Of a DNA stretch of 64,000 nt, positions 21,101-31,500 are shown one piece after another. Location of the stretch: NCBI GenBank assembly GCA_004764695.1, contig SMSO01000007.1:434001-498000 (forward strand), written 5' to 3'. How positions within the stretch are numbered: position 1 is the first letter of the stretch; each line of letters begins with the position of its first letter. The position numbers and the translations under genes were made by a program. The notes under the pieces were generated by a model. It saw only the letters and a program-made list of their open reading frames with translations. It searched no databases and had not been told where the DNA came from. Source of the DNA: Schizochytrium sp. TIO01. Taxonomy: Eukaryota; Protista; Bigyra: Labyrinthulomycetes.

Positions 21101-21554
21101 AGCACGTGATGGTTTCTTTTTGTGCCTCTGTAATAGAACTATAGGAAGTGCCTTTGTAAATTGGGTTACAGGTAATTTTGAGGTCGTTTTGCATGAAGGA
21201 CCATGACCCGAGCGCCGGCTTTACCATGCAACTGGCCACAGCCAAGATGCAAAGCACGATATTCACCCAGGACTCCAATCTTGTTGGATTTCTCTGTCGT
21301 TTTTTTCGAATTCCTCCTGCCTTATGGTTTGCTGTTGACGAACGCGATGAAGGTGACGATGACGATGATGATAACCTATTCAACAAATTAACTAAAGACC
21401 TTGGTTGATTTTCTTCCCTAACCTCTGCAGTGCCATAACAAGACACAGAAATGGGAGGATCGTGAGAAGAAGATAATAAATGAGCTTCTGTAGGTTCCAT
21501 CGGCAACCTGCGTTTCTTGCCAGCTTTGATATTCCACATTTCTGCCATCCCCAT
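15120..21554 (-). CDS. Single-pass receptor-like protein with Cys-rich and Pro/Thr (mucin-like) ectodomain and two cytoplasmic kinase domains (TKL-like, then MAP2K/STE7-like), 2144 aa
   Basis: 6.4-kb ORF. Signal/anchor VNIVLCILAVASC; TM VAIISTTSIGGLLLLCGIFYIVF followed by GKRRR. Kinase 1: GMGSSG/VAVK/HPNVIRLFG/HFDVKCENVLL/DLG/GTPAYMAPE/CWDEDPENRPSF. Kinase 2: GKGVSG/AIK/MELMDGGSL/HLDIKPANILINSRSQVKLADFG/ANTFAGTMKYMSPERL/SDVWSFG. Confidence 0.92.
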   Translation of the reverse strand: MGMAEMWNIKAGKKRRLPMEPTEAHLLSSSHDPPISVSCYGTAEVREENQPRSLVNLLNRLSSSSSSPSSRSSTANHKAGGIRKKRQRNPTRLESWVNIVLCILAVASCMVKPALGSWSFMQNDLKITCNPIYKGTSYSSITEAQKETITCYSSSWQFKQYPTSTCTPGTVTSDNITCVASRTYSEGRCAATTGLYTPYTTDSLNTSLMWCPISQIYDKSSADPDSLSSRNAWLYCNCTADSYVPPLASLSEEALSNVTTYWNQTFYPKNKKYKAWYKGTNAWKKKVVNHMMLDVSSSKTQCVTPPEFMDWGWNYTNSSNCISYVISSSTKLANLESAEAMVKDELGTTILGWCPTEIDENGYFTKGGLCTNTYIPAAAPTSSPTQRPTMKPTSAPVQPTFTPTSAPTEKPTTIAPTMNPTFAPTPAPTLPLFAAYHVRFWMGFTQAWDDSTQSFIESNRSQGDGDSYDDYDDYTTLAPTPSNGTNSSSFSSSNGSNSTASSLMAIQSTNDDSRRILTVDEVTSTMVQDLRCLMQEMVFNSTIAIEAMGITVPDGMTAIEEPRLAFLSDDFDGSQLVPTATIMDSTCFSIDPDSDASVLSGLQTLCVVDMPVVTDSYTRYTVPTVAPTPTAMPTGVPTFAPTLAPTLWSNQTNSTDIINGTNYTLAPTSFGTGSLNSTNATNAPTLLPSASPTSSLRRMLGRVLLDANTTDTNSTSAPTLFVNGTNQTFSPTSTEVPTTLTPTGSPTTMRPTATPTMQPTAPTLTPTSEPASYVVSLEDYLEFLFENYTHSPIYSAKRRSLQSGNGTIVAAIWLDSSYTTIEASIPYVYSGSAELPDRDTEANDDANETVCPVSITELLASDTPTESPTVAPVEVVAAAKEDTHVAIISTTSIGGLLLLCGIFYIVFGKRRRSRKDEEMIDKDDISRDRIMLGGKTFSKHTGSVHEYRPDECIRLFESQSSHGLESRSSKHVVMAEILRAHNDDSSEGTRASDMNGLAVDIKQLQLGPTIGMGSSGRIFKATYCGSDVAVKEFFPRSTRSAGAQNMMKGYSLGRQSTASGDNNSVGSRHRFGRHPLPPRYLSNSSTVRSNSTCSNVDVLSASADDGPVARSPFPAEDASVSSSSRSMSMDATNTGVGGLGTSNGSVLNTSGLLTPGAAAHNVPEHETYSFNGVEDEMLNGIGESDEMLAEVKNLRRLRHPNVIRLFGCATAMSNDTGGHRFLVVMELAACSLQDLIFRLPKSLNLSFKNFDIARKLVVARQIAAGMAYIHDNHMIHFDVKCENVLLDVSGHAKICDLGIAKFTMGPDDKIDAVNHQGTPAYMAPELLRENTGITNKIDVYSYSLVLWQIMYEKQPHPRTWTVPKLFYEVRYNMYRPKCEENTGVDPMLIKLIQDCWDEDPENRPSFHDIIKALDRIIDSRSVKTDVIGAAKFHIGDSVKVWDYSEKRQLYAVVIDINQAEDTANIRLKANGEVRKNVPQVELTVIPEGANRNLDGSMHTVGGLAMSVGGLALIHAGAANGKMPYMATSEGSYEDGESLAPGEAPTGLGLDISALQPSQQGKVSLEDTTKKTSFKSENDCSNDPLQGLATESKTFTWLGEKAIDVQGIRFTEDGMSSEGKESDGKVKENLFRYAELGKGVSGTVSAALNLRNFDLCAIKEIRFASRDSRHQAAREFKALFSKLGRGLNQRCPYIVWLYDAYLDADSQTVCLVMELMDGGSLEDLVLRLKHSAMQALANAESRTLGTSKKNRAFNRLRSRPSSNDTVGTHGSGPSHRSSSYVASPSPTALKPGLMHSTGIVDEPTLALVARSVLRALAFLHEQSYVHLDIKPANILINSRSQVKLADFGLSKQLEKDSMANTFAGTMKYMSPERLRGEGHSHPSDVWSFGLTLMTLILGEFPMTLITDAVPVPLQSSSLPSSTNKARQASIASLTGGNSTGDANDQGQGSSIYWKLLERWNSGHSIELPSELLHHSPLLVQQQQRIVTPSPELRDFIKQTLILDPADRPDAETLLEHPWLRKHSGKLDSDLSSNDDDTLVLANAESSRATLQDIAFGIMAKASYNPRVLSKIGELECEDQGHVNISIPEEKLSHLADQLMLPVQVVQRSFNVASAAHQPQQARRPLISSSSSSSSTSFTKNPLNHH

Positions 21555-24208
21555 TTTTGCAAACTAGCTTAGGCTAGCAGAGATATGACCAGCAAGCTAG
21601 TTAGCTATTGTGTCTCAACAAAATTCACCACTTGGAAATAGTCAAGCCGCTTGGTCTCCCTTTCGGTCTGTTTTCTCAAACTCCAAACTTTCAGCTCTGA
21701 CTGCACGTCACTGCCGCTGTGATGCTCCCTTCAGCGGCTGCTTCTTTTACTATTTATTTTTCGTTGTTGCTGTTGTTAACCTGCTAACAAGCCGAGGTTC
21801 GAGCTCCTTTGCCGTGCTCGCGACAGCAAGCGGGCGAGGAGAGGGAGAGGGAGGTTCGACGGTGGCTTGCCTCGCCGCGATGCCTGCGCGGGGGCTTGAG
21901 GTCGACCGAAGCTGGCGCCGCAGGAAACGACTTAAAGGCCCAAATGAAGCGAGGGACCAGCGAGCGCGCTGATCGACGGATCGACTGGATGAGTTACCAC
22001 CGCTCTGCAGAAGTTAGAGGAAACGGAGCACGCTCGCAGTGCCGCGAGCGGCCGGCAGGGATGGAGAGTCCCGCTCTCCGTCCTCCGCGGCCTCTTCCCA
22101 GGACCTGCGGGTCTGCCGGTCCTCGCCGCGTCGGAGAGGAAGGGCAGGCGCGACGAGGCCAAAACAGAACAGAAATCGAATAAGAAGAATAACAATAATC
22201 GACACTCAAACAAACAAACAAACAAACAAACAAACCAAAACTTTAACAACACACAACAATGAAAAGAAGAAGAAACCTCAAAGAAACTTAAAGAGTGAAC
22301 CAAACACACAAAAGCGAAAGAGAGAGAAAACAAAACAAACAAAAACCAAAATCAATCAAACTTGAAGGAAAAAAGAAAGACACCTTAAAAGAACGCCTCC
22401 ACAAGAACGCCTCTGACTGAAAAGAACGGCAGCGATAACTAACTAAGGCAGAGTCTGCGAGGGCCGGGCTCCTGCGCCGCTCCGCCGCGTGGGCAGGCAG
22501 CGGATGGCAGGCGCCTGAGACTGGCTGCCGCTGGCGCGGGGGGTGGCCTACCTCCCTCGCGGCGTACCTAGGTGCCGGCGCGAGGCTCCTGCGCTCGCGT
22601 CCGTGCGTGCGGCGGCCGGCCGCGCCCGAGGTGATGATGGTTGGCGATTGCCGCACCTATTTCTCCATTTCTTCTTCTTCTTTTAAATTCATTTTTAAAA
22701 TATTTTTCTTAAATTTTAAAAAAAAGTTATTATCATTGTTATTTAATTTAAAAGAAATTGATGTAATAGGAATTCGGAAAGTTCAAGTTCTCGAAATGCA
22801 ACTCTTTGGAATCGAGCTATTTAAAATTCTGGTATAGTTAGAGATTTTATTATTTATTTTTAAAGGGAAAAAGAAAAAGAAAAAGAAAAAGAAAAAGAAA
22901 AAAAAGAGAAGACTTGAAAAAATGGACGGTAATTTCTAAATGGTGCAAATGTGCACTTCGAAGAAAGGTCTCTGGTAGGACTTTGTTAGGTTCTTACTAC
23001 TAACCTGCCCCAGGTCTTGATTCTTTTATGCCTGGGAGGTACTGCTACTCTATGGTAAGTGACTTCTACAGACTCTCAGTCAACTTTTTCTTTTTGTTCT
23101 TCTAAAGACAAAAACCAGAGAAACTAACTTTAAAACGTTTTTATTATCATATTTTATATTTATATAGTAAATTGGACAGTCAGTCTGGCGCATTGGCTAT
23201 TGATCTGTTGACTTGCCTTTCAGGACAAGGTCATCGAGATCGAGTCAATTGAGCACGCCATCTCAAACTAAAGCACAACCTCTGCTCAAACTTACATTCG
23301 CACCTGATTTACGCAGAGCTCTCGCGATTCCCCTCGTCTCGATCTTCAAGTTCTCAAGCGCTCATGCAAAAGCAGGAGACCTACAAACTGAATAGCGCCT
23401 ATATTAGAAATACATGAAAGAGCGAATATTATAACAGGCATAGGACTAGCTACCCAGTTGCTAGGCGCTAGGTAGCAGTACTTTTGGTCTCTTTGGGAGC
23501 TGAGTGAAATCAACATGAATATTTTATTTTAATTCAAAATAATGTTTATTTAATTATTTAATTATTTTTTAAATGCCAAAATTAGTTATTTAACAGAAAA
23601 AGTGCAAAAAGGAAAAAACAAGTTTTCCGAGTTCCGAACAGCCAATGCTCAACAAGGCCAATTTGGAGGCGCTTCAGCGTTGCGTATCTTGGGCACCCGC
23701 CATCTTCTGCAGAGCTCATCGTCCATGTCAACACCCTTCCGCCTCTGCATTTCCCCGCACCCTGTCACGAAGGCCGAGGCTTTCCTCGAGCGCTCAGGGC
23801 TCCTGCTTTTCCAAAGGTGGGTCCTCCAACACCTTTCAAGCACCTCCTCTCTGCTGCTAATAATAGGCACTATTGTGGAGGTCACAGAATATGTATGTAT
23901 TCATTCATTGATTTAATTATTTATTTATGTATGTATGTATATACAGTATCAGTATGTATGTATGTGTGCTACCAAACAAGTAAATAACAACATCACCAAA
24001 TTTCTCAATCGCGCAGCACTTTTCAGCACTTGTGCAGCGATTACTCGCGTCGAGGCAGCTGCTGCTGCCGCTGACAATGGTGGCGATGGCTATGACTGTG
24101 GCGGCGACGATTCTCGCTCCTTCATAGCGGCCCCCGGATTGCCAGGTTCTGCGACGAGTTAATGAATGAATGAATCCCTCTCCGATCTCTCCGCCATTTC
24201 GCACACCG

Positions 24209-24255
<47 letters not shown>

Positions 24256-24257
24256 TC
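24209..24257. repeat. (TTTC)n microsatellite
   Basis: Directly visible tandem repeat. Confidence 0.9.
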
Positions 24258-27200
24258 ATTCTCGAGTTTGGCCTTTGTTTCTTATGATAGAATAAATAAA
24301 GCATTCATTCACAAACTCACAGTGCCACGACACGTTTAAACAGCGCCCAGGCCTACCCGCGGGTAGCTAACTCCTATGCCAGCCGCCTCGTACGTGCCAC
24401 TGAAGTCGCGCTTTTTCATAGCTCTAAATCACAGCTCCAAGTCCAGTGAAAACTTGCCGCTCGCCATGCCGGGCTGTGAAGGCAACCTCCTCCTCCTCCT
24501 CCTCCTCCTCCTGCTCCTCGAGATCCTCGGAGACTCGTCGCAGCAGCAGCAGGCAGGTAGGTGGGTGGGCGTCTGGATTTCGAGAATCGCTTAACTGGTA
24601 CGTGCCGCGCAATTTCTTCTTTTTCGGAATTGCTCTGAGAGCCTTCTTCTTCTTCTTCTTCTTCTTCTTCTTCTTCAAGCTTCGACAGGTTATTATCGAT
24701 CTCTCAACCTGACGAAGAACTTTGGTTTCCGAGCTCAAGCTCTTCAAGCTCTTCTGCCGAGCTTGCTCCGTGGGCATGAGAGCTCCTAACTCGTGGAAAG
24801 GGTAGGTAGGTCGTGCGTATTCGTGATCGAGAATTAACTCTCGCGAGCACACTGGCCTCTTGGCGCCAGAAACACGGCGCTGATTATGCTGCTCATGAAG
24901 GTTTGTTTGTTTATATGCGTATTCGAATGTCTTTCTTTCTTTGCCAGGACCTATCGTGATTACGTAATTTGGTGTATTCTGCAAAATACCGATACTCCGT
25001 GCGCCTTGACCATCTGCTGCTGCTGAGCTCAAGGTGGACGGCGATCGAATATGTGGATTGGCAGGCTTTCCTTTGTCCCGTTGATTCCATCCTCTGCTAA
25101 TAAGACGGTCACGTGCAGAGTCGCTCTATTTGCCACTACAGATAGTCACGTGCTGACTCACCGTGCCCATGATCACTCCACACGTGACGAACTTGAGATA
25201 GGTCAGAGAAGAAAGCAGCAGCTTCAGCTATTACTTCACTCACGGAGCGCGCAGCTTTGTCGAGAGAGAGCGACCTCTCAGAGGTCTGCTCTACCTCAGC
25301 GGAGTCTTCCATTCCACAGCCTTCACGGAAAGTCAATCTGTTTCACAGCAGTAGCAACCAGAAACTAGCTTGTAGCTTGTAGCTTGTTATAATGTTTCCA
25401 TCATATTGTTTTTTTTAATTTTTAGGAATAGAACTAATGATTCTAAATCAAAGCTATTTTTTCTAACTCGCTGTACCTAATGTGTCGAGCCTGATGGAAA
25501 TGATTTGAGAAAAGGAAGCCAGTCTACCGGTAGTGCTTGAGTCTCTGCGAGGCTAGAGATCCGAGTTGTCAAAAGTTTTTTGTTGGGCATAAGAGCAGAC
25601 GGAATCCATTGATAGTTAGTTCTACTTATTATCACTGTCGCTTTTTTTCTTCATTTTCTAATTTGATTGATTGATTGGTTGATTGATTGATTTATTGATT
25701 TATTTTATTTTTAAAACAAAAATAAAAACAAAAAACAGAAGAAGTTGCAACAAAAAGGAGTTTGGTCTCAATGGCGTCAAATACTTCAGAAATCATCAAT
25801 CGACATAAGACATAACGTCGGCCGAGTCTTTCCATGCCTTATGCCTTGCGCTCTAAGAGCAGTGAATACAGACGACTCTGTAGTGAACCACATGGCCGTG
25901 TCATCTTGCAATTCGGCTTCTTTTAGCTTCTTCGCGGCTCGATGCTTCAAGGCGGCGGCACGTGACTTGAGAAATATGATCGTATTGCTGATGTTTCTTT
26001 CGCAGATTGACTATTATGTGAACCTCGTTTGAGAGCCTGCGAAGCTAGAGGGTCCTGCTTTCAAGCCTTGGAGCTATCGCCATGCGAGGCATTTCCATAT
26101 CGTGCTTGGCGAATCGCTGTTCGAGGAAGGCTAATTTATTTCGGGACAAGGTACAGTCTGCGCGGTGGAGAATTGGCGATGATGCGTGAGCGCCACGAGC
26201 GTGGCTGCTGTGACCACGCCCGATCATCCCGATAATCGAGGAGGTGGCGATCCCGAATCATAGTTCTTCACGTCGTCGTTGTACATGAAGCTGAGGTTTT
26301 GAGGGTCCAGACTCGAAGGAGACGTGCTCCTCATTCGTTTCGGTCTCCATCTGTGCTTTCTGTCTTCTTGGCACTGATTGCTGGCAACCTCGCGAGTGAA
26401 TGACGACCACATCTGTTCTTCGAGGCCTCAATCAATCACCATCACCTGATAGTTTTTAAAAGTTATTATTTGTAATTTCTAATTTTAAACAACAACAAAC
26501 AAGAAAAGCGCCTGCTTAGTTTTGCTTCGAATAGTTTAGCTCGCCCTTCTTTTTCAATTAAAAATAAAAACTATGTATATATAATTTGTTATAAAGTGAT
26601 TGATTCTTGAAAGCAGCACATTTTGTCGTTGATAGTACGGAACGCCGGCCCTCTGTCATCCTAAGCTAGTGCTGCGGTTTTCTCCATCCAACGCACGCAC
26701 AGTCTGGTTCCTTTTAGAACAAACATAGAAAGTAAATTAAAGCAATGTCTTTTTTTTAAATTTAATATAAATAGAACCCAACCTATAGGGATTAACAAAC
26801 TGGCGTGTTTTAGGGCTTCCTTATTTCAATACCCAACTCGGTATCTACTTACGCTCATCTTTCATAAAGGGCTTGTTCTAGCTTTAGGTTTGCCCAAGCT
26901 TGAACATTCGCAGGGGAAACGTATCCTCGTCAACAGGGTCTTACGCGTTTGCCTGCTTTGGCGTCAACGTGCAACTTCAATATTAACATCAAATTCAACA
27001 TAGCTCGTTCGTATAGCTGTTGATTTGAGAACGCTATTAAATTTAACTTTCTTCACTTTTCTTTGGAGGTGATTGCATAAGGTACTTTTAGTTACCAAAG
27101 ACGACGGGACTATTGTACTGAGTCCCCCAACTTTTGCTTCGTGGCTTCAAGGTGGCTGGCTTCAAACTTTGTCTGGGAGCCTGAAAAAGGTGGCCTAGAG

Positions 27201-27864
27201 CCTGTTTAACATCCTCGCTGCACCTTCCACTTGACAACTCTGAGCAATTGCTTCGCAGGAGACCCATTTTGCGGAGAGTGCACGGGGTTTTGCGATTGCA
27301 ATGTTTGACCTTGGAATTGGTTTTCCTCTTTCTCCACAGTAGGTAGGAGTCGCCTATGAGGTTCCTAAACACGTCACCCATCAAGAACACAAGACGGCAC
27401 CTCTTTAGTAGTAGACTTACTAGCAGTATCACTAACAGTAGTCGTAGCTAACAAGTTAGATAGTTCTCTACCAGAAAATGATAATGATAAAACCTAGTTC
27501 TCTCTGAAGACATAAGAAAAAAGGGTAGGTGGGAGTAGTACCTCCTACCTCCATTGTTCTTTTTCAGCGAGTCAAGAAAAAGCTTTTGGTTGAATGAAAA
27601 GAAAAGAAAAGAGAAGAAAAGAGAAAAAAAAGAGAAGAATTTGTTGCTCAAGTTGTGCACGGAACTTGAAGGAAGAAAAGACTGATAGAGAAATGCGTAG
27701 GAGGAGGTAGGGAGGATGAAATTAAGAGAAAATGATAGGAGGAAAGCATTTGAAGGCCCAAGAGGAGGAAGAAGCGCTCTTTTATGGACTCTACGTAATG
27801 AATGGGTGACAGGAAGTTAGGACTTTCAGGGAAGCAAGCAGTAGGTAGGTTAGTCCTACAAAGA

Positions 27865-28187
<323 letters not shown>

Positions 28188-28539
28188 CCTCTGTTCGAGT
28201 GAATGAGATGGGGAACTAAGTCGATTTAATTCGATGTGATGGAGCAAAATAGGATAAACCAATCAAGACATAACGACATGATAGAATGGTATCACGATAT
28301 CATCAGCATACGCCGCCATCTTCCAATTGCCCCTTGTGGTCAGTCTCTCGGACTTCCACACTACTCTAGCTAGGAGAGCGAGCTAGCTAGAAAAAGTTAG
28401 TTTTTAGGCTCTTTGCTAAATGAATAATTGCACGCAACAACTGCGAAGCTGCTCCGCCCTAAAGCTTGCTGCTCAGCTGACTTGGCCGACCTGCTTCGGT
28501 TTGGCCTGCTCGAACACGATCTTATCGGAAACAATCTGA

Positions 28540-28540
<1 letters not shown>

Positions 28541-28579
<39 letters not shown>
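28541..28579. repeat. (CTG)13 microsatellite
   Basis: Directly visible. Confidence 0.95.
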
Positions 28580-31500
28580 ACCCGACTGCTCTCTTCGAGT
28601 TGGCTGCCAGGCGTGAACTTCACGCTGTCGAGATGCACTTCATCTCGAGCTCATGCAACGAAGTCGAACAGTTGGAACGACACGAGACGAGACGACCAGT
28701 GACACCTGAGGAGTTGGGGCAGGGCATGGTGACTGACTTATTGGGCAAATGACCTGCGAGGGAATCAGGAGCCTGAAGAAGAAGCGAGTCGATCTGAGTT
28801 CGGGAAGTCATCTAGCTGACTTCTACTATTACAACCTTCTTCTTCTGCAATGATTCATACGCATCTCTCCCAGGCCACCGTTTCTGCGATGGCAAAGCAA
28901 AGCAAAGCAAATGCTGATAGATATCATAATTGTGTGCCACAAGATCGGCAAAGCCTTTCGCTGGAGCAAGAATGATATCCAAGTTGGTCTTCTCCCCGTT
29001 CTCGCTTTCGAGTGACTGACTTGCTGTAAACTCGCTTTTGCCTTCATGACACATTCATTGCATAAGGGACATTACATGGGTATATTCGGCTGTGGACATC
29101 TGTGACGTGAGAGAGAGAGAGACTCTTCTTGGCGAAGCAGCAGAAGCCCTCGCTCTGCTGCACTGTCGTCTACTCATGCGCATGGAACAGTTTCGCTGAG
29201 ACTTCTGCTGCTTCGTGCCTTTCGAGTAAAGCTTACTCGAAACGAAAGAGAAGGCAAGGGAGGGTGAATCGGCACTTGTCCTTTTCACTCTGTCTTCTCC
29301 TCCTTCTTCACAGTACCCGCCTAAACACTGTCTGCCGTTTAAAAGGTTTTATCAATTTATACCAGGTAACCATTGGTGTTTCTAAAGATCCCCTTTCAAG
29401 AATACCAGCGAGATTCCGCGTATCAACATATCTCCCTATTGAGAAACGACCACTCCTGCAGCTAAAGCAGTATGACTTAGATTTTGAAGTATCGTCGTTG
29501 GCTTTGACTTGGTTTCAAGTAGATCATAACGATTCTCTGATTCACGATGTTTTTTCGCTTTTGCTTTTTTCAATTGTTCTTTAGTTAAAATAAATCAACA
29601 TAAAAATTTAACTCAAGATTTTTTAATATTTAAGAAAAAACACTATTAAAAAAAAAAATTTAAAAAAAATCTAATAATAATAAATTTTAATGCTTATGTA
29701 TTACGACTATTGAAATTATTACCATTGATAGTAGGATGGGCTAGTCTAGCTTTGAAACATTCAAAACAAATTAAAAATGTTTCTAAATTAAAATAAAAAT
29801 ATGATGAGGAAGAGGTCAAGGGAACCAGGCGCAGAATTGGATAATGTCAAGCAAAATGAGGACACGAGAAGAGGTGCTGTGCTGCTCAAGATAAACCTGC
29901 CGAGGCTATTCCAAGCTTCTGTACTCCGTCACATAATATTTCGGACGTCGAGGTCAATTCGTAAATCTAAATAGGGGATCTACATAAATGAGGTCCACGG
30001 AGCATTATCAACTTCGGGTTGGCACTCCTTTCACTCGCCGACACGAAAATGAGCCTCCTCGAGTATCGCACCCCCTTATTAAGTCGCTTTTGCCGCACGC
30101 GCTTACTCTTCCCCCACTGCCTCCGAATCTTTATAATTTCCCTCCTAATACACTGACCCTTTTGAGTCTCAGTGTAGCACCAGTATTTGTTCAGGGTAAG
30201 ACACAAGAAGTTATCGGCAGATGAGGGGAGCACCACTGACTTTATAAACAGGGTGGGAAGCAAAAAGGTTAAATTGCGCTTCTTGCGTGGATACTGGGTT
30301 AAAATGAAGCAGCATCTGGCTGCGGCCAACCTGGGCGAGTTCTTCGCCTCGCAGCCAGGCCACGCCAGCTCCAAATAGCCTCAGGCCGCCTGGTGCATAG
30401 ACCGTCACGCATACATGAACAGAGCTTGTCCCATAGCACCAGCGCGTGCCCACGACGAATACAACCGCCGACCTGCTTGGTCCCCAATGAGCGCTCTTTT
30501 TTACACTGTCTTCTACTTCGCGGCGCACGGTGCGGCGGCATGAGAGCGTGCATGTCCCCGATGCCTACTCTGGTGCGTGGCGGCGGTCGGGCTGGCCCGC
30601 GAGACGAGGCCTTCTGGACTGGACCTATCTGGACCGCCCCGGGCCTCGCTGTGCTCAAACGCCGGGCTCGAGAGACGAGGCCGGCACAAGGCGAGGCGAG
30701 CGGCGAGCGCGACTTTGGCGAAGGACCGTAACGGTCAAATTGCTGATATTATGATGAGAAGAAGGAGTGACCTTCGGTACACACCTACACTTTGGAGAGG
30801 TGATGGTGACTTGAGGTGAAGAGGTGGTGGTGCCGATGAGCGCCATGGTCATTGGCGTGAGCAGCTAGTGTCGCCTGCTTTGACTTGAAGAACGTAGCGT
30901 ACTGTTTGGTTTGAGCTGCTGGACTGTGACTGTTTTGGAGGTGTTTTAGCATTCAGGGTATAGGATATAGCTGTTGCTGGCTATATGCTGAAGGGGCGGT
31001 CAGCGCGGCACTGAGAGCCGTGCCAACGATAGGAGCAATCAGTGAAGGGGGTTTCATATGCTTGCATACTTGAATTTTTGCAGGATGACGTTGGGAGTGC
31101 CACATTGGCCACCAGACTGGAGAATAGAACGTTTTGCGAAGAAGAGGCGGAGCTCTTAGATCCTCGAAACTTGGGTGGTTCATTTGGGTTTGTAAAGGAG
31201 GTAGGTAATATCTCTTTGTATCTGTAAATGATAACAAGAATTCTCAACTAACTCGATCCAAATACGCCAATGCAGTCGAAAACGAGCGAGGATTTATTCC
31301 CGCGAAATCTATCACTAGCGGCCGCTACCATGCACCGGAGCAGGAGTCATCGAGAGCAACGCGCTGCCAAAAAACCTAGCGAGACCTCTGGGAAGAGGCA
31401 AGATGGATGCTGGATGTCTGCTTGCCTGCCAGTGGAAGAGACTTCAGCGTGCGGCCATCCTACATGTACCGCGCTAGTGCGAGCTTTCTAAAACGTGAGA

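Noticed and set aside
24424-25032. 202-aa ORF with poly-K and poly-E
   Set aside because: Non-ATG start, partly built from trinucleotide repeats and no recognisable domain. It may be a decayed gene but cannot be supported.
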